DNA of 57,371 bases, filler included, from Dirinaria sp. TL-2023a (Eukaryota): assembly GCA_051941275.1 (NCBI GenBank). It is 3 parts of 3 records of this genome, joined end to end, with 100 filler letters (N's around TTAATTAATTAA, not from the genome) between each part and the next. Parts side by side here need not be neighbours in the genome. Positions count along the whole stretch, not along the records: positions 1 to 19,074 come from JAVEBF010000353.1; 2 more parts are not named here. One strand, given 5' to 3'. The notes under the pieces are model-generated. The model was given only the letters and a program-made list of their open reading frames with translations. It made no database searches and was not told the origin of the DNA. Below, piece by piece: positions 1 to 9,742 of the stretch (the stretch's first letter is position 1; every line of letters starts with the position of its first letter). The translations under genes were made by a program, and so were the position numbers.

Positions 1-2317
1 GTAAAGGGGCAGCTCGTGCTGGTGGAGGAATGGGGGGGATAGAAGATTCTGGCATTGATAGTGAAGTCGACAGTGCAGGCGATACATTGCTCTGCTTGGA
101 GGCGATCTGGAAGGTGCTGACTTGATTGGCGCTGCTGCGGACCTGCATGCTTATCGGTCGGCGCGCATTGCCCTCTTGTGACGGGTTGAGCAACGGTTGC
201 ATGCTGTGTCTTGAGGACGTGGATTTCAGTTTCGTGGACATCGAAGTCAAGCCTGGAAGGTCAGGGAGGGCGGAGGTTGGTGGTGGGTGCGGTGATGCGG
301 GGAATTGGCTGGGGTAAGATACCGGTGAGATGCCTTTTGAATAATCGAGAGAGGAAAATCGGCGGGGGAGTGCGGTCTCAGACTGGAGCGATGATATCAG
401 TTCACCGGGTCTCGATTTGGTCGCGAAAGAGAAGGATGGTGCTGGTGGTGGGCTGCAATGAGCTGATAGATTCCCAAGCGATTTTGAGGCCTTGGGGCTT
501 GTTCGAGGTGAGATTGACGGGCCGTTGGAAGGTCCGTTGATGGGCTTGGTCTCCTCAATTACTGTTTGTGGTAGGCTTGTGCTGGTGCGTCCGGATGGAG
601 GAGTTGCGGTCCTGGTCATGGACGTCGAATACCTCTTGCTGAAGCTTGGCACACTGAAATTTGGAGCCGAAGACGAGCTTTGCCCATCAGAGGTGTTCGT
701 CCGTGGCAAGATCTTCGCTTGAGTCAAATCACCGTCTTGAGACTCACGGCGTGCGGTTACTGCCGGGGACAAAAGATGTATCGATGCTTGTTCACCTTTT
801 GACATCCCACTGCCTTCAGGCAGGCTTCCATTATACTCGTCCTCAAAGTCCACCAAGCAGAAAGCGGGAGCAGGAGACTGAGCAGGGGACGACCCTCTTG
901 AAGTTGGTATCGTTCTACTTCCGTCCGAGATGTATGACATCCTAGGTGTCTCCCTCAATTTATCAAGGGCATCTGGGTCAGCTGATGCGGTGGTGTTCGA
1001 GACCGACAGAGCGTCCACAGATTTTCGGTCTAACCCAGGATCGAATTTCCAAGAATTCTTTTGGATCGGCTCGCTGACGGCTGCCATTGACTCCCCCGCA
1101 GGCAGTGGTCTTTGCGCCTCTTCAATCAATTGCCGCTTCTTTACCAGGTAGCGTTGGCTCGGGAAATGCTGCAGCTTTCTTGCAACTTCACCAGAGTCTT
1201 CACGCATGGCTACGTCTGGAACATACTTTTTCCCACCCAATGCCTCGATCTCTTTCCTTACTGCCACCAGCCATGCATTCATCTCATCTGGGCAGTCAAT
1301 CACAAGTAAAAAGTTGGCGGCTGTTTTCCTAGCTTCTTGGAAAACCCCCATTTTCTTGAACACGGAGCTGGGGCCTTGAGTCTGGAAAGAGCCATCGTAG
1401 TCCGAGACCTCCTGCGCAATCTGCAAGACCCACGGTTTACCCTGAATCACATCCGACGCGAAGGCAGCACTGTCTTTGCCTAAAGGTAGTATCTTCTCGG
1501 GTAATCGGTCAAAGCTGCCTTCGCCTGAGTACTGTAAGAGATAGCCTGAGGTGACTAAAACGTATATTTTTGTCGTCCATCCACTTTCAGCTATGACGTC
1601 GTGCTCCATTCGATGCCGTTTCTTCGAGTTCTTGCTCTGCCGCCTTTGAATCTCTTTATCTGCATGCCAAGAATCCTCCGCAGCGCTGTAATTTTGGTCT
1701 GACCTACTGCTCGATTGGGACATAGCGTGACGAAGTATAGCATCTGCAGAGATAAAAGGCGCAGTGAGGCATGCGTGCTTGATCGCTTGTGGGTAAGCCT
1801 GAAATAACGGAGGTGGATCCCATGCAGCGGACACTTTCCGGAACGACTTGTTGCGCCTAGCCTTTGACGGCCTATTCTTGATAGGCGAGGAAGCTGCTTG
1901 CGGAACACTAGGAACAATGTTGATATCATACGCCAAAGGCGCCTCCTCGGCTTTTAACTCTCTCTTCTCATCCATGATGTGTAGCCTATCAAGGGTCTCC
2001 TTTCTGTCGCCCTCTTCTTGCGTGGCCAAGACTGCCTTAGGTTTAGCTGATCTGTAAGATTTATTGCGACCGAACAAGCCCATCATGATCCCTCTCGATG
2101 GCTTACGACCCAGCGCGCCAGTTTCGAGCGGGGGTGTGGGTTGATGGATTTGATCTAGAGCGACTGTTTGTGTCGGCCTGGGCCTTGGATGTCGTTGCGA
2201 TGGTGGTCTAGCCGGGAAATCTGTTTGTAAAGGTGGCAGCTGCACACCACGGCGCGGCATTGGCTCGGAAGCTGTGGTTGGGTCCGTCAAAGCCCTCTCA
2301 ATTTTGTGTGCCTGCAT
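1..2317 (-). CDS. Fungal PH-like domain protein with Ser/Pro-rich C-terminal region (3' end runs off the window)
   Basis: ATG at 2317 (MQAHKIERALTDP...). The same frame gives WDPPPLFQAYPQAIKHA (about 1820), a PH-like segment GWTTKIYVLVTSGYLLQYSGEGSFDRLPEKILPLGKDSAAFASDVIQGKPWVLQI (about 1580-1420) and PPIPPPARAAPL at the window edge. Missing from the ORF track, consistent with no stop inside the window. Confidence 0.75.
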   Translation of the reverse strand, partial: MQAHKIERALTDPTTASEPMPRRGVQLPPLQTDFPARPPSQRHPRPRPTQTVALDQIHQPTPPLETGALGRKPSRGIMMGLFGRNKSYRSAKPKAVLATQEEGDRKETLDRLHIMDEKRELKAEEAPLAYDINIVPSVPQAASSPIKNRPSKARRNKSFRKVSAAWDPPPLFQAYPQAIKHACLTAPFISADAILRHAMSQSSSRSDQNYSAAEDSWHADKEIQRRQSKNSKKRHRMEHDVIAESGWTTKIYVLVTSGYLLQYSGEGSFDRLPEKILPLGKDSAAFASDVIQGKPWVLQIAQEVSDYDGSFQTQGPSSVFKKMGVFQEARKTAANFLLVIDCPDEMNAWLVAVRKEIEALGGKKYVPDVAMREDSGEVARKLQHFPSQRYLVKKRQLIEEAQRPLPAGESMAAVSEPIQKNSWKFDPGLDRKSVDALSVSNTTASADPDALDKLRETPRMSYISDGSRTIPTSRGSSPAQSPAPAFCLVDFEDEYNGSLPEGSGMSKGEQASIHLLSPAVTARRESQDGDLTQAKILPRTNTSDGQSSSSAPNFSVPSFSKRYSTSMTRTATPPSGRTSTSLPQTVIEETKPINGPSNGPSISPRTSPKASKSLGNLSAHCSPPPAPSFSFATKSRPGELISSLQSETALPRRFSSLDYSKGISPVSYPSQFPASPHPPPTSALPDLPGLTSMSTKLKSTSSRHSMQPLLNPSQEGNARRPISMQVRSSANQVSTFQIASKQSNVSPALSTSLSMPESSIPPIPPPARAAPL

Positions 2318-4147
2318 AGTCCGGATGACAGGAGTATGTTAAGGATCTCTGGAAATCCGGTTTTCTAGACTTGGGATCTCATGGTCAATGTTGTCAAGTT
2401 TGAATGCTTAATTGTGGCTGTTAAGAGTTCGAACTCACACGGAGGTCGGGACAGGATGCCAACATCGGCTGTTTAGGATTTGTAGCCGAGAAGGAGAATA
2501 TTCATGCGCGAGGGCGAAAAGCTTAGCTAGTATAAAACAGCAAAGAAGCGAAAAACATGTACCCGTCTACATCGACTACAGGAAACCGAGTGCCGTTAAT
2601 AATACACAGTAGAGAAAAAGAGATGCGAAGGAGTGATGGAAAGAGAAGATTGGAAGAGAAGAAGATTGTCGGGATGAAAGTTGTGACATCTGATACTTTG
2701 CTCCCCTCCTTCCCTACTACGACTCTACGAGGCCAATAAGATGACCACATCCTCACCCCTGCATGTTTTCCCCCAGGATAACGCGCCCCTTAGCACACAC
2801 CTGGGCCTGGAGGCTGGGGGAGACAAGGCCGAGAGCATGAGAAGTGTGGCCGAAAAAGCCTAAATATGGTGCAAAATAATTTCAGATTAATATTATTATG
2901 ATGATTATTTGTCGGCAAAAAGGGTGTTCGCTGCGCCTCAAAACACGCGAAGAATGAATCTGAACCAGAGAAAAGCAAAATAGATGAAGATCGGCCGATA
3001 AGAAGCCCCTCGAAGTCCCCTGAAGTCGGCACTAGAGCTCGCTAAGCTCAGTTCGGCTTAAGCGAAAGGGCTGACGCACGGGCCAGTTTGTTCCATCTGC
3101 GCGGGATCTCGGTTTCACCTTCCCCCCGCTTCCTCCTGTCTGTATCTACTCTGTACTCACAGTAGTAGTACAGCAGTAGTACCTTAGCTATTGTACAATA
3201 TTAATACCATTTTTATTGCCAAGGCATTATTGTAGTCAACCGACTTCAAGTCTTCTTCTCCCAACAACTCCCTCCCCTGATGCAAACCGCTAGGAAAGTA
3301 AAGTAGAGCATTAAGGACCAAAGCAGTCTGGCATTGTTCTCTCAAAGGTATCTTACCTACCTTACATAGTCACATGTTCCAATAAACTGGAATTTGGTGC
3401 CGCAACAAGAGAGAGAACAACCTCCATGATTAAGTTCTTCCCCCCTCCACCGTAAAGTTTCCATGGCTCCCACAAGTTGAGGAAACCGGTACCGCATATA
3501 CCGAAATCGTGGTACAGAACATGTGCTGATGACGATGACAAGACTCTATGATGGGTTCAGGGAGTATGATGATGGCGTGCGATAAGATAAAATAGCTAGT
3601 TTAGAAAAGCGTGGTGTTGGTTACGAGAGGCAGCTGTCATCAGAATCAGGTACTCGTACCCTTGGCTGCCGGAGCTATGGTAGGTGCCCTACATAAGTAG
3701 ACGATAAGGTAAGGTAGGAGAAAGCGCAAAAAGGCGAGTTCGGGAATGAATAGGTAATTAATGTATCCTGCTTGCTTAAGTTCGCGACATGCGCTTCAAA
3801 GCAGGAAGAAATTGCCCTGCGCATACTACGCAAGTAAGTAGCAAGATGAAGTGACCACGCCCGCACGGTACGAATGGAAAAGGGGACGGTCAGTAAAGCA
3901 GGGGGGGAAAAACATAAGCCGAAAGCAAATTTCATGCTAGCCGCCTCGCCACCATTCAACGTCCCCTGACTTCTCCTCTCGCACATTACCTGCTGACCGA
4001 TGCCTCGCTCCGCTCTACGGGACCTAGAATACAGGGTGAAGACAAGCCGGGGATATCGAATCGCTAGAAAGGATACAGTGTGGTGCTTCAGGATTGAACA
4101 AGGTCGGGATCGAGATGCCGCCGCTGGCCCTTGGGTAGGTAGACCGT

Positions 4148-5958
4148 CTAGCGGAGCGAGAATCCCTTCTTCTTCTGCGTGCCTTCTAGCGGCCGCCCGC
4201 TCTCGATGCGTGCCTTTTTCTCGTCCAGCTCCAAGCGCTGCCTCTCCAGCTGATCCTTCATCTCCCGGTGTCGCGCGTATAGCTCCTCTTCGCTCTGCTT
4301 CAACTTGCTCTCTTTCTCCGCCACCTTTTGCTGGAAGACCATCTTCATTTCTGATTCCATCTTCTGTAGCTTCTGTTCGTGCAATGTACGTTCCTCCTCT
4401 TGCTTGACCGCAGGGTTGACCTCCTTGAAGACACTCGGGTCCTGCGCAACACCCATCTGAGTAAGCTTGTCTGAACGGTAGTTCTCGTAGAGGGCGTTGT
4501 TGGTGTGTTCTTTAAGCTCCTCCATGTGTGTACGGATCAGCATTTGGCGAAGCTTGACAAAGTCACAGTGCTCCTCATTATCCACTTCGATCACGCCCCA
4601 AGGATAGCGACGACCTCGGACCTTGCGCCCTTCTGGGCTTGTGATTTCCGCGTTCGCACCGACTACCGCGAAGGGAACCTTGGACATGATTTCTTGATTC
4701 TCTGCAATCGTCTCATCATCATCCAGCTCGTAGCGTGGACCTTCGAAAATTTGGATGGAGTGATGTTTGATGTCGGTCAAAATCTACTGGCTTTTAGTGT
4801 CCAGCTAGCAGCAAAGGACAGCGGTTCCACTTACTCTAGACTTGAATGCGTTAATCTCATCGTCAGTCAGTGTATCTGCCTTAGCAATGACTGGGATCAA
4901 GTTGACTTTCGTATGTAAACGGCGCATGACCTCGATATCAAGGGGCTTCAGTGAGTGACCAGTAGGCTGAATGAAGTAGACGCAAGCATGCACGCGGTTA
5001 TCCACGATGTTCATCCGGTTGACCTTGTTCTCAGCATCCAGGAAATTGTCGAATCGTCGGTCAATATCCTCAGTGATTGGCCTCCAAGAGTCGTCGTTGT
5101 TGACAAAGTCACCAAAGCCGGGCGTATCAATGACCGTGAGGCGTAGACGAACGCCATTTTCCTCGATATCCGCGCTAATTGATTGAATGGACACGGTCTT
5201 CGGAAGAATCTCCTGGCTAGGTCCCCTTCGCTCCTTTGGAGGATATAGAGAGGTATTGAAGAGCGTATTGACGAGGGTCGACTTCCCGAGCCCGGACTCG
5301 CCTAAACCATGTTAACTCCAGCCTGTGCTTGGTGAACCCAATCGAAGCCTTACCGACAACCATCACGTTAAAGTTGAAGCCCTTGCGGACACTCTTACGG
5401 TGCCATTGATTGGGCAGGTTGGCAAAACCCACGTAGCCCGTCAATTTCCTCCGCACCACATTTCTCATATCACTGGCTGCCGCTGCCGCTGCCTTGGGAT
5501 CTTTGGAGCTAACAGTCTGGGCGGCAATCTGTGCACTTGGGCTCATTGGGTTGGTTCGCTCGCTGTAAGGAGAGGTAGGCTTGCCATTCGGCACCTGGGA
5601 GGCTGAAGGATTAGGGGATGCTCCTCGCGAAGCATTGGCATTCGCTGAGGTGGGCCCGTTGGGAGTGACTATAGAGGAGGAGAAGGACGTGTCAGCCAGG
5701 TTCATCGAGCCCAATTGCTTCATCAGCGTCGGCACGGATGGAGGCCGTTCGCTGTGTCTCCGGTCCTCGCTTTTCAGCAGCTTGAGGTTTTCGCGGTGGC
5801 GCGAGCTCCCTGTGTCCATCCGCTTGATCGACATGTGTTCGGTTTTGGGGTGAGGAGTTGTGGGACGGTGGAAGAGAGCTCGTCGTCGTTTCCAGATAGC
5901 TTAATAGCAGAGAATGGAAGAGGGAAGGAGCGAAGGAGGGGGGACCGGACATACCCAT
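4148..5958 (-). CDS. cdc3: Septin, Cdc3/AspB class
   Basis: Exons 5958-5955 (ATG G), 5668-5354, 5301-4835, 4783-4148 with GT..AG introns. Motifs: [37 protein letters not shown] (P-loop), [20 protein letters not shown]-terminal coiled coil ending KKKGFSLR. Start site is ambiguous (see findings). Confidence 0.95.
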
Positions 5959-6681
5959 GTTAGCGGCCTTGTTGACAGTACTAGAGATGGCCTCCATGTA
6001 TGCGGACTATTCTAAGACAGCTTCATGTCAGATGCCGACGTGGGGAGAGAAGGTGCTGATGCTCACCGATAGTGTCCGACAGGGTTTGTAGCAGGTAGGT
6101 TCAACGGGGGGCAAAAAATTTGGGGATTTTCGTGCTGGCCCGCGGGTCGCTGGATGCAGAGGGCGCCAGTCTGCAGCACGACGTAGGAATATGCAGCGAG
6201 CGAAGGTGAAATGAGTGGGGAGCGATAGTGTGAATTGGGAATTGGGGTATTGGGATGAGGTGGTGGTGGTGATCTATTGCCGGAAGTTGGTTTTGGGTTG
6301 TGGTTCTGGCTGGCGGGTCGGGCTTCAAGATTTCCTTTCCCTCTCTGTTTCGCTCTGGTGTGTCTTTGTCGACAAAAGGGGGCCTGTTAGGCTGTTCCAG
6401 GGTCTTTGGTGCACTAGCGGCTCATTTTGGGGGGGGGGAAGAAATTGATGGTCGAGGGGGTTGCAGGGATTCGCCTGCACGAGGCTCATTCACTAAGCCC
6501 ATTATTCATAACCCACACAACAACAACACACCAAACAGAAGCATAATTCTCAGATGATCATCATAATCATCATCATAATAATACTGTACCTTGCACAATT
6601 CCGCCCAGTCCAACGGTTTTTCCCCCTTAATCCTTAATTTAAGGCATCCGATACCTTAACTTAATTTCCTCGTTCGATTAC

Positions 6682-6720
6682 CATCATCAGTATCATCAGT
6701 ATCATCAGTACAGTATCATC
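6682..6720. repeat. Short tandem repeat (TATCATCAG) x about 3
   Basis: catcatcag tatcatcag tatcatcag tacag tatcatc, read directly. Confidence 0.7.
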
Positions 6721-6835
6721 CAGCATCACCATCATCTTCTTCTTGACGATACACCACATTAGCCTCTAACATCTGCGACAGCACTACCAAACCCACATCT
6801 TCGGTCAATAATAATCTGACTACGTGTACTCTACC

Positions 6836-7265
6836 GAAGCCATGATGAGATGGATTGGCATTCGAACGGGAGCTTGCACTCAGCCTCGACCAATCGCCGT
6901 CGCTCGCTACTTCGCTCCTGCCTCGACACGTTCGAATGCAGCAACTCTCAGCACCGCTTTGACGTCGCACGCAGAAGGGAGTCAAGGTACTCGACGTAGC
7001 GTGGATGTAAGTGTCCGATCCCCCCCCAGTGGAGACGCCGTGAACGCGGCTACTATAGGGTGAGAGTCTTTCCTGACTACCGTTCCACCGCATGCAGCCC
7101 TGGGGGGGAGCTTGGCATTTGCCCGCACCCCGATGATGGCCAGTGATGGCAGTTACAGCGCCCCGGCCAATCAGCCGTCGGTGGACATGGGCTGAAGTGG
7201 TCATTGCGTTACCTGGCCCTCTTAACTGGCGTTCCCTCCTGGTGGGAACTCAGAAGATTCTGATC
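6836..7265 (+). ncRNA. Candidate structured non-coding RNA, family not identified
   Basis: No credible protein ORF. Nested helices include GCATTCGAACG(6858-6868)/CGTTCGAATGC(6929-6939), C7AG(7021-7029)/CTG7(7100-7108), GTTCCC/GGGAAC(7231-7249) and TCAGCC/GGCTGA(7171-7195). Box-C-like ATGATGA at 6842 and box-D-like CTGA at 7260. Confidence 0.35.
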
Positions 7266-8705
7266 ATTCCCTGCAAGCGCCATGTTGACGTGTATCTGCA
7301 TACATTATGGTTTTGGTCACTTTGGTGGCCTGAAGAATCGACGGCGTACAGGTACAGTACTGTACAGTTGTACTCGGTACTCGATGGAAGGAGGAGGGAA
7401 AAAAAAAAAATGAACAGCTGTGGCATGGTTTCTGCATCTGCATAAGCCTCCCAACTCCACCGTAGGCATCAGAGTTTCGATGGGAAGTCGTTGTTGAAAC
7501 AGGACCTGAAGCCGTTGGGAAGGATTGTTTGTTGTCTAGTTGCGGCATCAGCGCACGTCGAGACGGCAGCAGATGCAACAAACGCTGCGTGTTGTGGGAA
7601 TCTTGGGAATTGGGTCGAGCCTTTTGAGCTTCCACATACATAAATGATAATGAGCATGATGATTAAGAATAGTACAACATGGAGTCAATCTCATAATTCC
7701 CCGCACCGGGTTGTAACAGTCCGCTTTGCATGTAGAAAGCCTCTGTATGTACATGCGCTACTGCTGGGCCAAAAGCCATCTTGTCCGAAACCGGGAAACG
7801 ACTTCTGGATTGTATAAGAGGGAAGGTTGCATCAGCCTCCCCGAGATTTGATCAACGGGATTATTATTCACCAAACGTCTCGGCATACAAATGTATCTAT
7901 CTAACAAAGACGCTGCCAGCTAACTAGGTACTGATCCTTTTTCCTGGAACGGCAGACCGGGATTAACAGTGGCACCGTGGAATAATGTGTGATAGGGGCT
8001 ATGTCGCAGCCTTGGCGAGTCCCAATACAGAGCTCGTCCCATTCTTATTCAGCCAGATCAGCAAGAAAGAAGACCCGCAAGAAGCCCGTGGCGGAAGTCT
8101 CTCGGATGCATTCTCCGAAGTACAGGAACTGCTGAAGAAACACGCTATTCCAGCTGTTGGATCCTTCGTAGTGCTCCAGGTAGACAGGGACGGTTCTTCC
8201 CCTTATAAAATTCAGATCCCGTTCGGCTTTCTGCCAAATTCCTGTTCATCTGACTACCCGAAGCCAATTAGCAATACAGGAAAGAGAGACCCTTCGCGTG
8301 GACAAACACCCTCTCTTCTTGCCTCGCATGGAATTGTGCGGTGACAGGCCTATTTAGATCAGAGGGTGTGACGAGACTAAGGATCTTCGGCAGACGAGAC
8401 CTGCTGTTGGATTATTCGTATTGAACGGCGACAAAACCCCAACATCGCTAGGTATATGGCCAAAAATCCATCAAACGGACTGGAGCGAAGAGTCAATTGT
8501 AGCATCGAGAAAGGGGCTGGGAGATGGAGTAAAGCCCCAACTACTTAATGTTTCCGATAAACAAAACAGGAAAATCAGAGATAATGATGTCCATATACCA
8601 GACATGAGGTTCTTACCCAAATACAGGGAAAATATCAGAGCAAATAGAAGCCAAAGGAAAAAAAAAAGAACCCCCTACCAAGCCCACTATGCCGGATCCT
8701 CCTAT

Positions 8706-9262
8706 TCATAACCCCAACGGATTATCCCCTGTCTGCTCCTTCCCCCCAATAGGTCGATGCCTCTCCTCCTCCGCCTCGCGATTCTTATGCTCCATATTGC
8801 CCGCGCCCACCCCGGCGGCGCTGCCAAACGCCGACCCACTCTTCATCAGCCCGCCGACCAGCGGTTCCACGACTCCGCCTACGGGCGCCGCGACCGTTTC
8901 CAGGCCTTTCCCTAACGGCTTGCCGACGGGCGACATGACGGATTCCATTTTCGAGCCGGCCGAATCGCCGAAGGAGCGCGGCGCTGAGGCTATTCCTGCC
9001 AGGCCTGTAAGTAAAGGTTAGGAGGTGGCTTGGTTTTCTTTTTTTTCTTTTTTTTTTTTTTTTTTTGCCCAAAAAGGACTGTAGGAGAGAAGGTGGGGGG
9101 AAAGAAGGAGGAAGAGGAGAAGGGTGAGAGTGTACCGCCGCCGCCGCCGCCGCCGGATTTTTTAACCGGTTCTTGAGACTGTTCTTCTGAGGCTTGCTGT
9201 GGGGCGGCTTGGCCGTCGTCGTTGTCTTCCAGCTGCACACGGTTTTCCCCTTGATCGGACAT
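8706..9262 (-). CDS. Small hydrophilic Gly-rich fungal protein of unknown function (about 140 aa, ends GGKEQTGDNPLGL)
   Basis: Exon 1 9262-9136 (MSDQGENRVQLEDNDDGQAAPQQASEEQSQEPVKKSGGGGG), intron 9135-9005 (GTACAC...CTAAC...CAG, contains a long A-rich run), exon 2 9004-8706 in frame with ORF 8706..8948. Confidence 0.8.
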
Positions 9263-9742
9263 GATTGCTGTTGTAGTTTTGATATGGTATTCTGAGAAAG
9301 GAAAGGTCTTGCTTTTATGATGGAGGCAGCAGTGGTTGTAGAATGTTTTCGCGAGCTTGTAAGGTAATGACGCTGTGACGTCGATGGAAGGTCGACCCCT
9401 CGGATATTTCAGACGAAAAGGTTCCGCAGGTGACTTCATGTTTCAACCCCACCTGCGACCCCACCTCTACACATCAGACAAATCAAGTACATACCTTACG
9501 GTCTAGGGTTACCACCTCCTACCTCTACGGATTCAAGGCAGGTAACAAGGTAATCTGGCATTAACCTCGGACAGACAGAGTGTGTAAGGTACCTTAAAGA
9601 TAACGTAGGCAGTCGACAACAAAGGTGGTGTCAAGTACACTTCCACTTCTAAGTTCTAGACATTAATTTAGATGCTTCCGCTTTATCTATGTCATCACTG
9701 TCATGGCCGTCATACGAAAACATTATAGAACACCCTCGATGA

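Noticed and set aside
7206..7221. GTTACCTGGC resembling the U1 snRNA 5' end
   Set aside because: Lacks ACTTACCTG, the U1-70K and U1A loops and an Sm site.
9504..9511. TAGGGTTA as a telomerase RNA template on the minus strand
   Set aside because: Only 8 nt, lies upstream of a protein-coding gene, and has no adjacent pseudoknot features that I can see.
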